From Candidatus Sericytochromatia bacterium (GTDB lineage: Bacteria; Cyanobacteriota; Sericytochromatia; S15B-MN24; UBA4093), in contig JAKFCT010000028.1 in NCBI GenBank assembly GCA_036676495.1, forward strand, positions 32,001 through 96,000: a stretch of 64,000 bases of DNA, given 5' to 3'. The notes under the pieces are model-generated. The model searched no databases. It saw nothing but the letters and a program-made list of their open reading frames with translations, and was not told where the DNA came from. Shown here piece after piece: positions 1-9,727 of this stretch; the first letter of the stretch is position 1, and the number at the start of each line of letters is the position of its first letter. The position numbers and the translations under genes were made by a program.

Positions 1-553
1 CGTACTCCTCTTCCGTGAGGCGCCCCGGCTTGTGCAGGATCTCCTCGGAAATCTGCATCTTGCCGACGTCGTGAAGCATCAAGCCCAGGGCCAGGTCCTT
101 GAGCTTGCGCTCGTCGAGGCCCAGCTGGACCCCGATGATGGTGCCGACCACGCAGACGTTCACCGAGTGCGAGAAGGTGTAGGTGTCGTGGCTCTTGAGA
201 TCGGCCATCTGGATGATCAGGGTGTCGTTGGCCATGATCGATTCGACGATCCGGGCGGTCACGTCCGAAATGGCCTGCAGGTTGACCCCGGACTTGCCGA
301 CGTCCCCGAAGGCCCGCCGAATGGTGGTCACGGCCTCCTGGCGCAGCTGCTCCGGGATCACGTCTTGCACCTCGACGCCGGGAACGCGCGGGTCCACCAC
401 GTAGATGAACCCGTACTGCATTTCCTTCAGGGCCTTGAGGTAACGGTCGGTCAGGGGAGTGCCCTCGCGAAGCAGCACTCGCCCGTCATTGGTGAAGATG
501 GATTTGCCGAGGACCTGCCCCGGCTGGGCTTTTTCAAGATCAATGGGACGCAT
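1..553 (-). CDS. HD-GYP domain protein (putative cyclic-dinucleotide phosphodiesterase), 3'-truncated by window edge
   Basis: Not in the ORF track. Manual translation from ATG at 553 gives MRPIDLEKAQPGQVLGKSIF...DTYTFSHSVNV...LGLMLHDVGKMQISEEILHKPGRLTEEEY, with the HD-GYP HSVNV, HDVGK and IL-K-PG-LT-EE motifs. Confidence 0.9.
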   Translation of the reverse strand, partial: MRPIDLEKAQPGQVLGKSIFTNDGRVLLREGTPLTDRYLKALKEMQYGFIYVVDPRVPGVEVQDVIPEQLRQEAVTTIRRAFGDVGKSGVNLQAISDVTARIVESIMANDTLIIQMADLKSHDTYTFSHSVNVCVVGTIIGVQLGLDERKLKDLALGLMLHDVGKMQISEEILHKPGRLTEEEY

Positions 554-560
554 AAGCTGG

Positions 561-1208
561 CTATACCCCGCTTTCGCGGGAGAAAAACCCGCAACTTCCC
601 TTAACCACCTCGATGAACGCCCTCACGAGGTCCGGATCCTTGCGCCCCGGCGAGCGCTCCACCCCGCTGGAGACGTCCACAGCCTCGACTTGCAGGCGCG
701 CCAGCAAGTCGCCGACGTTCGACGGACGGAGCCCTCCGGCCACGAGGCGGGGCACGGGGGGCCAGGCCGCGTCCGCAAGCCAGCTCCAATCGAAGGGCTG
801 CCCCGAGCCCGCTCCGGAATCGAGCAGCAAGCCGTCCAGGCCCGACCAGGCAGACAAATCGTCGAGATCCGAGGGGGCGCGCAGCTGAAGGGCCTTGAAG
901 ACGGCGAGACTCGGCCGCGCATGCTTGAGGGCCCGCGCGAGCTCGGGGCTCTCCGACCCGTGAAGCTGCAAGGCGCGCAAGCCCGTTACATCCGCCAGGG
1001 CGATCGCCGCTTCCAGCGGCAGGTCCCTCACGACTCCGACCGTCAAGACGAAGGGATGCGCCTCGCGGGCCAGCTCGCGCACCCGCTCCGGCGCCACGTC
1101 ACGCTTGGTGCCCGGCACCATGACGAAGCCCACGGCATCCGCCCCCGCCTGACAGGCGAGACGGACGTCCTCCGGATGCGTCAGCCCACAGATCTTGACC
1201 CGGGTCAT
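561..1208 (-). CDS. trpF: Phosphoribosylanthranilate isomerase
   Basis: MTRVKICGLT, GADAVGFV, LQLHGSE, AVDVSSGVE...GRKD motifs; overlaps the trpC stop. Confidence 0.95.
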   Translation of the reverse strand: MTRVKICGLTHPEDVRLACQAGADAVGFVMVPGTKRDVAPERVRELAREAHPFVLTVGVVRDLPLEAAIALADVTGLRALQLHGSESPELARALKHARPSLAVFKALQLRAPSDLDDLSAWSGLDGLLLDSGAGSGQPFDWSWLADAAWPPVPRLVAGGLRPSNVGDLLARLQVEAVDVSSGVERSPGRKDPDLVRAFIEVVKGSCGFFSRESGV

Positions 1209-1972
1209 GCCAAGAGCGCCTTCACCGCACGCTCCAGATCCGGCTGCGTCAAGAGCGACTCTCCGACCAGCATGGCCTGGACACCCCAGGATTCCAGCTT
1301 TCGCCGGTCCTCGGCCGTCGCGATTCCCGACTCGCTCACCAGGATCGGAGGCTCCGAGAGTCCACGCAAGCGCTCCGCGACCTGGCGGGTCGCCTCCAGA
1401 TCCACCTTGAAGGTCTTGAGGTCCCGGTTGTTCACCCCGATGAGGGGCGCTCCCAGGGTCAAGGCGCGTTCCAGCTCAGCCATGTCGTGGACTTCCAGCA
1501 GGAACTCCAGGTCCCAGCGCGTGCAAGCCTTCATGAGGGAAGCGAGCGTGGCATCGTCGAGCGCCGCGGCGATCAGGAGGACGGCGTCGGCTCCATAGGC
1601 TCGCGCCTGCGGCAGCTGCGCCTCATCGAGGATGAAGTCTTTTCTCAGGACGGGAAGATCGCAGGCCTCACGAGCGGCCTGCAGGTCACTCAGCGACCCT
1701 CCGAAGAAGGTCTCGTCGGTGAGCACCGAGAGGGCGGCCGCTCCGCCTCGCTGGTAGGCGCGGGCCATCTCCGGAGGATTGAAGTCCTCGCGGATGATCG
1801 GGCGGCTCGGGCTCCGGCGCTTGATCTCGGAGATGAGCGCAACGGGGCCGTGGCGAAGCAGGGCCTCTCGGAAGCTCCGACGGGGGAAGCGGGGCTCGGG
1901 AAGCGAGGCCGGATCGATGGCGTCGACCTCACGCCGCTTCTGCGTGAGGATGGTGTCGAGAATGGTCGTCAT
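1205..1972 (-). CDS. trpC: Indole-3-glycerol phosphate synthase
   Basis: ISEIKRRSPS, LSVLTD..FFGG, PVLRKDFI, IGVNNRDL, VSESGI motifs. Confidence 0.96.
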   Translation of the reverse strand: MTTILDTILTQKRREVDAIDPASLPEPRFPRRSFREALLRHGPVALISEIKRRSPSRPIIREDFNPPEMARAYQRGGAAALSVLTDETFFGGSLSDLQAAREACDLPVLRKDFILDEAQLPQARAYGADAVLLIAAALDDATLASLMKACTRWDLEFLLEVHDMAELERALTLGAPLIGVNNRDLKTFKVDLEATRQVAERLRGLSEPPILVSESGIATAEDRRKLESWGVQAMLVGESLLTQPDLERAVKALLA

Positions 1973-1978
1973 GGAAGG

Positions 1979-1987
1979 ATCTTACCA
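1979..1987 (-). promoter_or_regulatory. Extended -10 promoter (TGG-TAAGAT) 6 nt before the trpC ATG, probably leaderless
   Basis: Minus strand reads tggTAAGATccttccATG; no Shine-Dalgarno sequence. Confidence 0.55.
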
Positions 1988-2002
1988 CGATCCCCGGCAT
2001 GG

Positions 2003-2887
2003 TTAGTGACCGAACTGGACATCCCCTTGAACGCTGGGAAGAGTGAGGGTAAAGGTGCTGCCCAGGTTGCTTCCGGGGCTGTCGGCGACGATGTCGCCGC
2101 CCATGCCGGCCATGAGCTTCTTCACGAGGGGCAAGCCCAGCCCGAGGCCGCCGAAACGGCGGGTGGGGCCGCTCTCGAGCTGCCCGAAGACCGCAAACAG
2201 GGCGGGAAGCTTGGAGGGGGGGATCCCCACCCCCGTATCCGTCACCGCCACGCAGACGCGCTCGGCCTCGACGCTCGCCGTCCAGGAGATCCGGCCTCCT
2301 TCGACGTTGAACTTGATGGCATTGTCGAGGAGGGCCTGCAGGGCGATTTCGAGGCAGAGGCCGTCGGCCCAGACCAAGGGCAGTTGCGGCGAGATCTCCA
2401 TGGCGACCGCGAGTTGCTTGGCCTCCAGCTCCTCGTGGTATTGCCCGATCACGCGGGAAACGGCCTCGTCGAGCTGGATGGGGATGGGGTGAATCTTGAG
2501 GTAGCCGGAGTTGAGCTTGGTCAGCATGATGCTGGTTTCGGCCAGCTGGCCGAGCTTGCGGCTCGCCTGGTGAATCTGCTTGAGAAAGTCGCAGTACTGC
2601 GGCGGCAGCACCCCGGTGGCATCGTCGAGCAGGATCTCGGATAGGCCCTGGATGATGGTGAGGGGCGTCCGCAGCTCATGCCCGATATTGGCCAGGATGT
2701 CGTCATGGAAGGAGGCCACCTCTTGATCGCTGACGCGGGAGCGCTCGGCGTCCGCATGCAGGACCTGGTTGACCCAGGCGAGGTGAAAGAGGAGGTCGGG
2801 GCCGCCCGCGTCGGGTCCGCCCGGGTCGGGTCCGCCCGCGTCGGAGACGGCGCGTGGGGTGGCCGCGGGGCCATGTCGTTGCGTCAT
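2003..2887 (-). CDS. Cytoplasmic histidine kinase (HisKA + HATPase) with no obvious sensor or TM domain
   Basis: H-box HELRTPL, N-box LLDNAIKF, G1 DTGVGI, G2 GGLGLGL. Start placed at ATG 2887, preceded by a purine-rich RBS. Confidence 0.88.
   Translation of the reverse strand: MTQRHGPAATPRAVSDAGGPDPGGPDAGGPDLLFHLAWVNQVLHADAERSRVSDQEVASFHDDILANIGHELRTPLTIIQGLSEILLDDATGVLPPQYCDFLKQIHQASRKLGQLAETSIMLTKLNSGYLKIHPIPIQLDEAVSRVIGQYHEELEAKQLAVAMEISPQLPLVWADGLCLEIALQALLDNAIKFNVEGGRISWTASVEAERVCVAVTDTGVGIPPSKLPALFAVFGQLESGPTRRFGGLGLGLPLVKKLMAGMGGDIVADSPGSNLGSTFTLTLPSVQGDVQFGH
2795..2844. repeat. 15-bp tandem repeat x3.3 (gtcgggtccgcccgS) encoding (A/P)GGPD units in the kinase N-terminus
   Basis: Units at 2795-2809, 2810-2824 and 2825-2839, plus a partial unit. 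Confidence 0.8.
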
Positions 2888-3170
2888 CGCGAGCGTCCTT
2901 CCTCTCTCCACTGGAGCTCCGGCTTCGCGAGCAGGCTCCTCCCGGAGGCCCGACACGAAACTTCACAACCCGTCACATTATATAACACCTTGCTTGGCTC
3001 CGGGGGTGAAGTTTGTGGAAAGGAGGGCAAAACCCCAGGATTGCCGCCGTTTGACGGCCTTTCGCCTGCTATGATATAAGGAAAGAGCCGTAGTAGAGTT
3101 GCCAACCGACCGGTCTGCGGCCTTCACCAGCAAACATCCGTCGCCACGGCGACGAAGAGGGACGAAGACG

Positions 3171-4442
3171 GTGCTGACGCAACGACGGCGGTTCTCCTTC
3201 CTGGCGACGATGCGCGCCAGCGGCTCCAAGGCTGGCGCCAGCCTGGGGCGGGCAGCCGCAAGCGCTGTCCTATTGGCCACTTTGCTCACCGGCTGCAACG
3301 CCGCGGGATCCCCCAAGACGATCACCCTCTGGCATCCCTGGGGAGGCGCCGAGCTCACGGCTCTCAAGGAAGCCATCAAGGCCTATCAGGCCGAGAATCC
3401 CGGCATCGAGGTGATCGCCCTCCAGGTCCCCTCCGATCGCCTCCAGGACAAGTACCTGCGCTCAGCTGCGGCCAACGGAGGGCCCGACCTCCTGATCGGC
3501 GCCACCGACTGGATCGGCAAGTTCGCCCAGTCCGAGGTCGTCGCCCCGCTCGACGGCCAGGTCCCCGACGACCAGCTGCAGCGCTACCAGAACGTCGCCC
3601 TCTCCGCGCTGCGTTACAAGGGCAAGCTCTACGCCCTCCCCGAAAGCATGGAGACCGTCGCCCTCTACTACAACAAAAAGATGCTTCCGAGCGGTCCCCC
3701 CAAGACGATCCAGGACCTCTTCATCCGGGCCAACTCCCGCGACTACTGGAACGGTGAGTACCTGCTCGCCTACAACACCCAGTTCTACTTCGCCGCGGGC
3801 TACCTCTTCGGCTCGGGAGGCAAGCTCCTCAACACCGAAGGCCAGGCCCAGGTCGACACCCCCGGAGCCGTGCGCTGGCTGAAGCTACTCAAGGCCATGC
3901 GCGAGCATCCCCGCCTTGCCGCCAAGAGCGACTACGGCTACGCCGACGCCCTCTTCCGGGAGCGCAAGGCCGCCATGACCATCAACGGCCCCTGGGCCCT
4001 GGGCGATTACCGGCAGGTCCTCGGCGACGACCTCGGCGTCTCCACCCTGCCGATGGTCGAGGACATGGTGCCTGCCGTGCCGTTCGTCGGCATCAAGTGC
4101 CTGATGTTCAACCCCAACTCGGGCGAGGAACGCCGGGAACGGGCCCTGGCCTTCGCCGACTTCTTCACCTCCCCTTCCAACATGACCCACATGCTGGAAA
4201 AGGCCGGCCACGTCCCGGCCATCAAGGGCATCCCCATCCCCGAAGACAGCCCCCTGGCCGCCTTCGAGCGCCAGGCCAAGTGGGGAACCCCCCTGCCCCC
4301 CGACCCTGAGATGAAGGAAGTCTGGACCCCCATGGACAAGGCCATCGAAGAGGTGCTCACCGACGTCAATCCGCCTTCCAAGGCGATCGCCAACGCCCAG
4401 TCCCTGATCCAGGCCAAGATCGACGCGGTGCGCAAGCAATGA
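3171..4442 (+). CDS. Sugar ABC transporter substrate-binding lipoprotein (maltose/maltodextrin MalE-like)
   Basis: Lipobox LTGC; GPDL, YKGKLYALP, ALYYNK, INGPW motifs. GTG start at 3171 chosen by RBS; start uncertain. Confidence 0.88.
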   Translation: MLTQRRRFSFLATMRASGSKAGASLGRAAASAVLLATLLTGCNAAGSPKTITLWHPWGGAELTALKEAIKAYQAENPGIEVIALQVPSDRLQDKYLRSAAANGGPDLLIGATDWIGKFAQSEVVAPLDGQVPDDQLQRYQNVALSALRYKGKLYALPESMETVALYYNKKMLPSGPPKTIQDLFIRANSRDYWNGEYLLAYNTQFYFAAGYLFGSGGKLLNTEGQAQVDTPGAVRWLKLLKAMREHPRLAAKSDYGYADALFRERKAAMTINGPWALGDYRQVLGDDLGVSTLPMVEDMVPAVPFVGIKCLMFNPNSGEERRERALAFADFFTSPSNMTHMLEKAGHVPAIKGIPIPEDSPLAAFERQAKWGTPLPPDPEMKEVWTPMDKAIEEVLTDVNPPSKAIANAQSLIQAKIDAVRKQ

Positions 4443-5359
4443 AGAAGAAAGACCTCTCCGAAGCGAACCTCGCCTATCGCTTCATCCTTCCCTCCGCCCT
4501 CGTCATGGCGCTCATCACGGTCTATCCCCTCCTCTACGGAGTCTGGATGGCCTTCACCAACTTCAGCCCGCGCCATATCCGCCACCAGAACCCCGACTTC
4601 GTCGGCCTCCAGAACTTCTGGGACATCCTCAGCCAAGCTCCCTACCTCGACTTCAACTTCCTGAGCGTGCTGGGCTTCAACTTCGTCTGGACCTTCGCCA
4701 ACCTGATCTTCCACGTCTCCCTGGGCGTCGCCCTGGCCCTGCTGATCAACACGCCGGGACTCCGCGGCAAGCGCCTCTACCGCGCCCTCTTGATCCTCCC
4801 CTGGGCCGTCCCCACCTACGTCACGGCCCTGGTCTGGAAGAACATGTTCGACACCCAGTTCGGGGCCGTGAACCTCCTGCTCAAGGAATGGCAGCAAGCC
4901 ATCCCCTTCCTGCCGACCAACATCGACTGGCTGGGGCAATTCCCCCAGGCCTTCTACGCCGTCCTGCTGGTCAACGTCTGGATGGGCTTCCCCTTCATGA
5001 TGATGGTCGCCTCGGGCGCCCTGCAGGCCATTCCCTCGGATCTCTACGAGGCCGCCGACATGGACGGGGCCGGCCCGTGGCGCAAGTTCTGGACCGTCAC
5101 CGTCCCGATGCTCAAGCCCGCCATGGTCCCCGCCATCATGCTCGGCTTCATCTGGACCTTCAACAACTTCAACGTGATCTACTTCGTCACCCAGGGCAAC
5201 CCCTTCGGCAAGACCGAAATCCTCGTCACGCAAGCCTACAAGCTGGTGGATATGGGCATGTACGGACAGGCTTCGGCCTTCGCGCTGATCATCTTCTTCA
5301 TCCTGCTCGGCTTCACCCTGGTGAATCTCAAGATCACCAAGGCCACCCAGGAGGTCTAA
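4439..5359 (+). CDS. Sugar ABC transporter permease (MalF-like)
   Basis: Multiple TM helices; EAA loop LYEAADMDGA; ATGA overlap with the binding-protein gene. Confidence 0.92.
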   Translation: MKKKDLSEANLAYRFILPSALVMALITVYPLLYGVWMAFTNFSPRHIRHQNPDFVGLQNFWDILSQAPYLDFNFLSVLGFNFVWTFANLIFHVSLGVALALLINTPGLRGKRLYRALLILPWAVPTYVTALVWKNMFDTQFGAVNLLLKEWQQAIPFLPTNIDWLGQFPQAFYAVLLVNVWMGFPFMMMVASGALQAIPSDLYEAADMDGAGPWRKFWTVTVPMLKPAMVPAIMLGFIWTFNNFNVIYFVTQGNPFGKTEILVTQAYKLVDMGMYGQASAFALIIFFILLGFTLVNLKITKATQEV

Positions 5360-5361
5360 GC

Positions 5362-6228
5362 ATGAACCCGCGACGCCTCAAGCGACTTGCCCACCTCACG
5401 GGCGCCCACCTCGTCCTCGTCGTCTTCGCCCTGTTCTCGATCTTCCCCGTGCTCTGGGTCGTCTCGATGGCGCTCGACCCCAACTCGGTCGCGCGCCCCA
5501 CCGAGCTCAAGCTCCTGCCCTCGGGCATCTCCTTCGAGGCCTTCCGCCAGGTGCTCACCAACCCCACCGAGATCGACGGCATCACCTTCTGGGACCTGCT
5601 TCGCAACTCCATGCTGGTCTCCTTCGGCACCACCGCCTTCGGCATCCTCCTGGGAGCCTCGGGAGCTTACGCCTTCTCGCGCTTCCGCTTCCCGGGCCGC
5701 CAGATGGGCCTGATGACCTTCATCGTGCTCCAGATGTTCCCGGCGGTCGTCTCCATCGCCCCCCTTTACGTCCTGCTCTCCGCCCTGCACATCCGCACCT
5801 CCATCCTCGGCCTGATGATCGCCTATGCGGCCGGCACCCTGCCTTTCGCCATCTGGAACCTCAAGGGCTACTTCGATACCGTCCCCAAGGACCTCGAAGA
5901 AGCCGCCATGATCGACGGCTGCACCCGGACCCAGACCTTCTGGCGGATCGTGCTGCCCCTGTCGGCCCCCGCCGTCGCCGTCACCGCCCTCTTCGGCTTC
6001 ATGACCGGCTGGACCGAGATCATCCTCGCCTGGACCATGCTCGAGAACCCCAAGACCTTCACCCTCGCCATGGCCCTCTACTCGATGGTCGGCCAGTACG
6101 GGACCTTCAAGCCCTGGAGCCAGTTCGCCGCCATGAGCATCATCATCTCCCTGCCCGTGGTGGTGGTCATGCTCTTCCTGCAGCGCTACATCGTCTCCGG
6201 CCTGACCTCCGGCGGGGTCAAGGGGTAG
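5362..6228 (+). CDS. Sugar ABC transporter permease (MalG-like)
   Basis: Real start MNPRRLK at 5362 after GGAGG; LKGYFDTVPKDLEEAAMIDG; C-terminal GLTSGGVKG. Confidence 0.92.
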   Translation: MNPRRLKRLAHLTGAHLVLVVFALFSIFPVLWVVSMALDPNSVARPTELKLLPSGISFEAFRQVLTNPTEIDGITFWDLLRNSMLVSFGTTAFGILLGASGAYAFSRFRFPGRQMGLMTFIVLQMFPAVVSIAPLYVLLSALHIRTSILGLMIAYAAGTLPFAIWNLKGYFDTVPKDLEEAAMIDGCTRTQTFWRIVLPLSAPAVAVTALFGFMTGWTEIILAWTMLENPKTFTLAMALYSMVGQYGTFKPWSQFAAMSIIISLPVVVVMLFLQRYIVSGLTSGGVKG

Positions 6229-7101
6229 ATGCGCCTCCGGCCCGCGCTGGCACTCGCGCTGGGGCTGCTCCTGATGGGAGGAGCCCCGAACGCCCAGGCC
6301 CAGTTCGACGACACGCACAACTACCGCACGGCTCTCGAGTTCTACCGCCTCGGGGAATGGGGCACCGCCGAACGCATCCTGATCGAGATCCTCGACCGGA
6401 ACGCCGACCACCACCAGGCCCGCTGGACCCTGGCGAGCCTCTACCTGCGCATCGGCCGCCAGGAGGCCGCCACCCCCCTCTTCACCGAGATCGCGAACCG
6501 CGAGGGCGGAGAGCTGGCCCGCCACGCCAAGACCTGGCTCGCGGAAAGTGCCGCGCCGGAGAAGAGCGCGCTCGCCGCTTTCACCCCGGACGCCTCGGGC
6601 TCGGTCACGCTCGCGAGCGCGACGGCCGGGTATCACCTCGCCGAGTTCCCCACCGCCCCCCTCAGCCTCCAGATTCCCGCCGGCTACAAGCTTCAACGCA
6701 GTGACGTCAGGCGCCAAGGCGAGGTCATTCAGGCTCGCTACCTCTTCGCCCCGGACGCCAAGGCCTCCGCACGCCTCGGCCTGACGGTCGAGGTGCTCAC
6801 CCTGGGACGGGGCCAGGAACTCGATGCCGGCAACCACCGGATGGTCATGATCCGCGAGATGCTCTCCCGGGACGGCCTCAACCGAAACACCCCCTTCCGG
6901 GAACAGGACCAGCTCGTGCATGGCCACCTGGCCCACTACCTGGGCTACGCGGATCCCAAGGAGCCCCGGGTCCAGGTCCTCGCCCTGGGAGTCGCCAACG
7001 CGCGCTACCGGGTGATCCTGCGCGCCGCATGCCACGAGTCGATCAGCAAGCAGCACCTGCCCAAGCTGCAGGGGAGTCTCGGCTCGCTTCGGCTCCGCTG
7101 A
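6229..7101 (+). CDS. Secreted protein with N-terminal TPR-like helices
   Basis: Sec signal ending AQA; TPR-like segment ALEFYRLGEWGTAERILIEILDRNADHHQARWTLASLY; abuts the permease stop. Confidence 0.7.
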   Translation: MRLRPALALALGLLLMGGAPNAQAQFDDTHNYRTALEFYRLGEWGTAERILIEILDRNADHHQARWTLASLYLRIGRQEAATPLFTEIANREGGELARHAKTWLAESAAPEKSALAAFTPDASGSVTLASATAGYHLAEFPTAPLSLQIPAGYKLQRSDVRRQGEVIQARYLFAPDAKASARLGLTVEVLTLGRGQELDAGNHRMVMIREMLSRDGLNRNTPFREQDQLVHGHLAHYLGYADPKEPRVQVLALGVANARYRVILRAACHESISKQHLPKLQGSLGSLRLR

Positions 7102-7206
7102 TCCGGTATACTGACTCGAACATCCGTTTGAAGCCCGCACCCGCGGTTGGTCGATAGCGCCCGCGGCGGGTCCATAGCACCCGAGGCTGATCCATAAGGA
7201 GTCCCC

Positions 7207-8604
7207 ATGGCGAAGGTCAGCAAGCCCAAGATCAAGTACGTCTGTCAGAACTGCGCTTCCGAGCAACCCCGCTGGATGGGACGCTGCCCCGAGTGCTCCG
7301 AGTGGAACACCATGACCGAGGAAGCCTCCACGCCCGTCACGCCCGCCGCCAAGGCCGCCCGCTCGGTCGTGCCCATTCCCCTGAAGGCCGTGAAGCTGGA
7401 CGCCGAGGAGCGCTTCAGCGCCGGTCTGGAAGAGCTCGATCGGGTGCTGGGGGGCGGCATCGTCCCCGGCTCGCTGGTTCTCCTGGGCGGCGATCCCGGC
7501 ATCGGGAAGTCCACGCTGCTTCTGCAGGTGGCCCAGTACCTGGCCTCCACGGGGAAACGGGTGCTCTACGTCTCGGGGGAGGAATCGGCCCGCCAGATCC
7601 GCATGCGCGCCAAGCGCCTCGGCGCCGAGCATGACGGGCTCTTCGTCCTCGCCGAGAACGACACCACCGTCATCGAGGCGGCGCTCCAGGAGATGCAGCC
7701 GGACTGGGCGGTCATCGATTCGATTCAGGCCATCTACAACCCCCACCTCACCTCCACGGCGGGCTCGGTCTCACAGGTCCGGGCCGCCACCGGCTCGCTG
7801 ATGCGCATCGCCAAGGATCAAGGCGTCAGCCTCTGCATCGTCGGGCATGTCACCAAGGAAGGGACGCTCGCCGGCCCCCGGGTGCTGGAGCACATGGTCG
7901 ACACGGTCCTCTACTTCGAGGGCGATCGCTTCAAGTCCTACCGCCTGGTGCGCGCCGTCAAGAACCGCTTCGGCTCCACCAACGAGGTCGGCATCTTCGA
8001 GATGCGCTCCGACGGGCTCGCCGAGGTCGCCAATCCCTCGGCCCTCTTCCTCGCCGAGCGAACCACCGAGACCACCGGCTCGGCCATCGTCGCCACCATG
8101 GAAGGCACCCGCCCCCTCCTGGTCGAGATCCAGGCCCTCGTGAGCCCCTCCATCCTGGCCTCCCCGCGCCGCGCCGCCAACGGCATCGAGCATAACCGCA
8201 TGGTGCAGGTCCTGGCCGTCCTCGAAAAACGCGTCGGCCTTCCCCTCTCCAAGCACGACGTCTACGTGAACGTCGTGGGGGGCTTATCCATCGACGAGCC
8301 GGCCGGAGACCTCGGAGTCGCCCTCGCCGTCGCCTCCAGCATGCGCGACGTGGCCCTCAAGCCCCAGGCGATCGCCATCGGGGAAGTCGGCCTCAACGGC
8401 GAAGTCCGGGCCGTCAGCTCCCTGGAAGCCCGCCTCAAAGAAGCCCAGAAACTGGGCTTCACCCTGGCCGTCGTCCCCGGGCACAACCTCGACGAAAGCC
8501 TCGCCCTGCCTCCCGGCATGGAGGTCATCGGCGTGACCCGGCTCCTGGACGGCATCGTCAAGTCCACCGTCGCCGCATCCGCCGACGGCGGATCGGCCGG
8601 TTAG
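7207..8604 (+). CDS. radA: DNA repair protein RadA/Sms
   Basis: C4 zinc finger CQNC...CPEC, Walker A GDPGIGKS, KNRFG motif, Lon-like C-terminus. Confidence 0.97.
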   Translation: MAKVSKPKIKYVCQNCASEQPRWMGRCPECSEWNTMTEEASTPVTPAAKAARSVVPIPLKAVKLDAEERFSAGLEELDRVLGGGIVPGSLVLLGGDPGIGKSTLLLQVAQYLASTGKRVLYVSGEESARQIRMRAKRLGAEHDGLFVLAENDTTVIEAALQEMQPDWAVIDSIQAIYNPHLTSTAGSVSQVRAATGSLMRIAKDQGVSLCIVGHVTKEGTLAGPRVLEHMVDTVLYFEGDRFKSYRLVRAVKNRFGSTNEVGIFEMRSDGLAEVANPSALFLAERTTETTGSAIVATMEGTRPLLVEIQALVSPSILASPRRAANGIEHNRMVQVLAVLEKRVGLPLSKHDVYVNVVGGLSIDEPAGDLGVALAVASSMRDVALKPQAIAIGEVGLNGEVRAVSSLEARLKEAQKLGFTLAVVPGHNLDESLALPPGMEVIGVTRLLDGIVKSTVAASADGGSAG

Positions 8605-8653
8605 CTCGGTCACCGTTCTCGAAGCCGTTCACGTCAGACGAGGAGCTCAATCC

Positions 8654-9655
8654 ATGCAGCAGCGCGTGCTCATCACCGGGGCGACGGGATTTATCGGAGG
8701 GGCGATCGCCCATCGCTGGCTCGCACAGGGGCTGGCCCACCCCGGTGATGTGGAAGTGCGCGTCTTGGTGCGCAATCCAGAGGCTCCTCGGGCGCTCGAA
8801 CTGGCCGCTCGGGGGGCTCGCCTTGTCGTGGGGGACTTGCGCGATGCGGCCTCGTTGGAGCAGGCCTGCGTCGGTTGCGACGTCGTGGTGCATGCGGCCA
8901 CCGACACGGAACTCAGCGATCGCGGCCTCGCATGGCAAATCTCGGTCGAGGGCTCGCGCCAGCTCTATGCCGCGGCCGCCCGGGCGGGAGTCTCGCGCTT
9001 CCTCTTCATCAGTTCCTTCATCGTGTACGGAGGGCTCGAGGCGGCCCTCTCGGAGGACGTGACCCCGGTCGCGTTCGGGGATCTCTATGGTGACGTCAAG
9101 ATCGCCGCCGAAAAGGATCTCACCGAGGCCTCCTCGGCACCCGGCATGCCGCAGCTGACCATTTTGCGCCTGCCGTCGGTCTACGGGGCGCAATCCCCCC
9201 ACTGGACCCTCAAGCCGCTCGACGCCGCCCGGCGAAACCGGGTTTACCTGCCGGGCGGAGGGCGTTTCGGCTTTCCCTACCTTTATATCGACAACCTGGT
9301 GGCAGCCGTGACCCGTGCCGTCCTCAGCGAACGCTACGGGGTCTACAACATCTTCGATGGAATGGTCGCCTACGGGGAGTACATGGCCTACTACTGCTCC
9401 ATGGCAGGGACCCGTCCTCGCAACGTTCCCCTCGCCCTGCTCTTCGTCGCCGGCTGGGTGGGGGGAATCCTCTCCGCCCTCACGGGCCGCTACATCCCGC
9501 TGACGCTCCGAAACGTCCGCAAGATCGCCAAGCCCATGTCCGACACCCCCTTCACTCCGGAAAAGGCCCGCCGAGAACTCGGCTGGGAGCCGCTCGTCAG
9601 CTTGGAGGCGGGGATGGCCGCCATTCGGGCCGACCTCTCGGGACACCCCGCCTAG
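8654..9655 (+). CDS. NAD-dependent epimerase/dehydratase (extended SDR)
   Basis: ITGATGFIG Rossmann motif, YxxxK (YGDVK), LRLPSVYG. Confidence 0.88.
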   Translation: MQQRVLITGATGFIGGAIAHRWLAQGLAHPGDVEVRVLVRNPEAPRALELAARGARLVVGDLRDAASLEQACVGCDVVVHAATDTELSDRGLAWQISVEGSRQLYAAAARAGVSRFLFISSFIVYGGLEAALSEDVTPVAFGDLYGDVKIAAEKDLTEASSAPGMPQLTILRLPSVYGAQSPHWTLKPLDAARRNRVYLPGGGRFGFPYLYIDNLVAAVTRAVLSERYGVYNIFDGMVAYGEYMAYYCSMAGTRPRNVPLALLFVAGWVGGILSALTGRYIPLTLRNVRKIAKPMSDTPFTPEKARRELGWEPLVSLEAGMAAIRADLSGHPA

Positions 9656-9690
9656 CCCTATCGCGCGCGACTGCACCCGAGCGCGCAAGA

Positions 9691-9713
9691 AAAAAGGGAG
9701 GCTTTCGCCTCCC
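9691..9713 (-). terminator. Intrinsic terminator of the coiled-coil gene
   Basis: gggaggc-tttc-gcctccc hairpin with an adjacent A-run (U-tract on the minus strand). Confidence 0.75.
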
Positions 9714-9727
9714 CCTCGTCGCTTGCG

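Noticed and set aside
3099-3210. Twin-arginine signal (TQRRRFSFL) on the sugar-binding lipoprotein
   Set aside because: The motif is far from the hydrophobic region, and the start codon is uncertain (ATG near 3209 would remove it)
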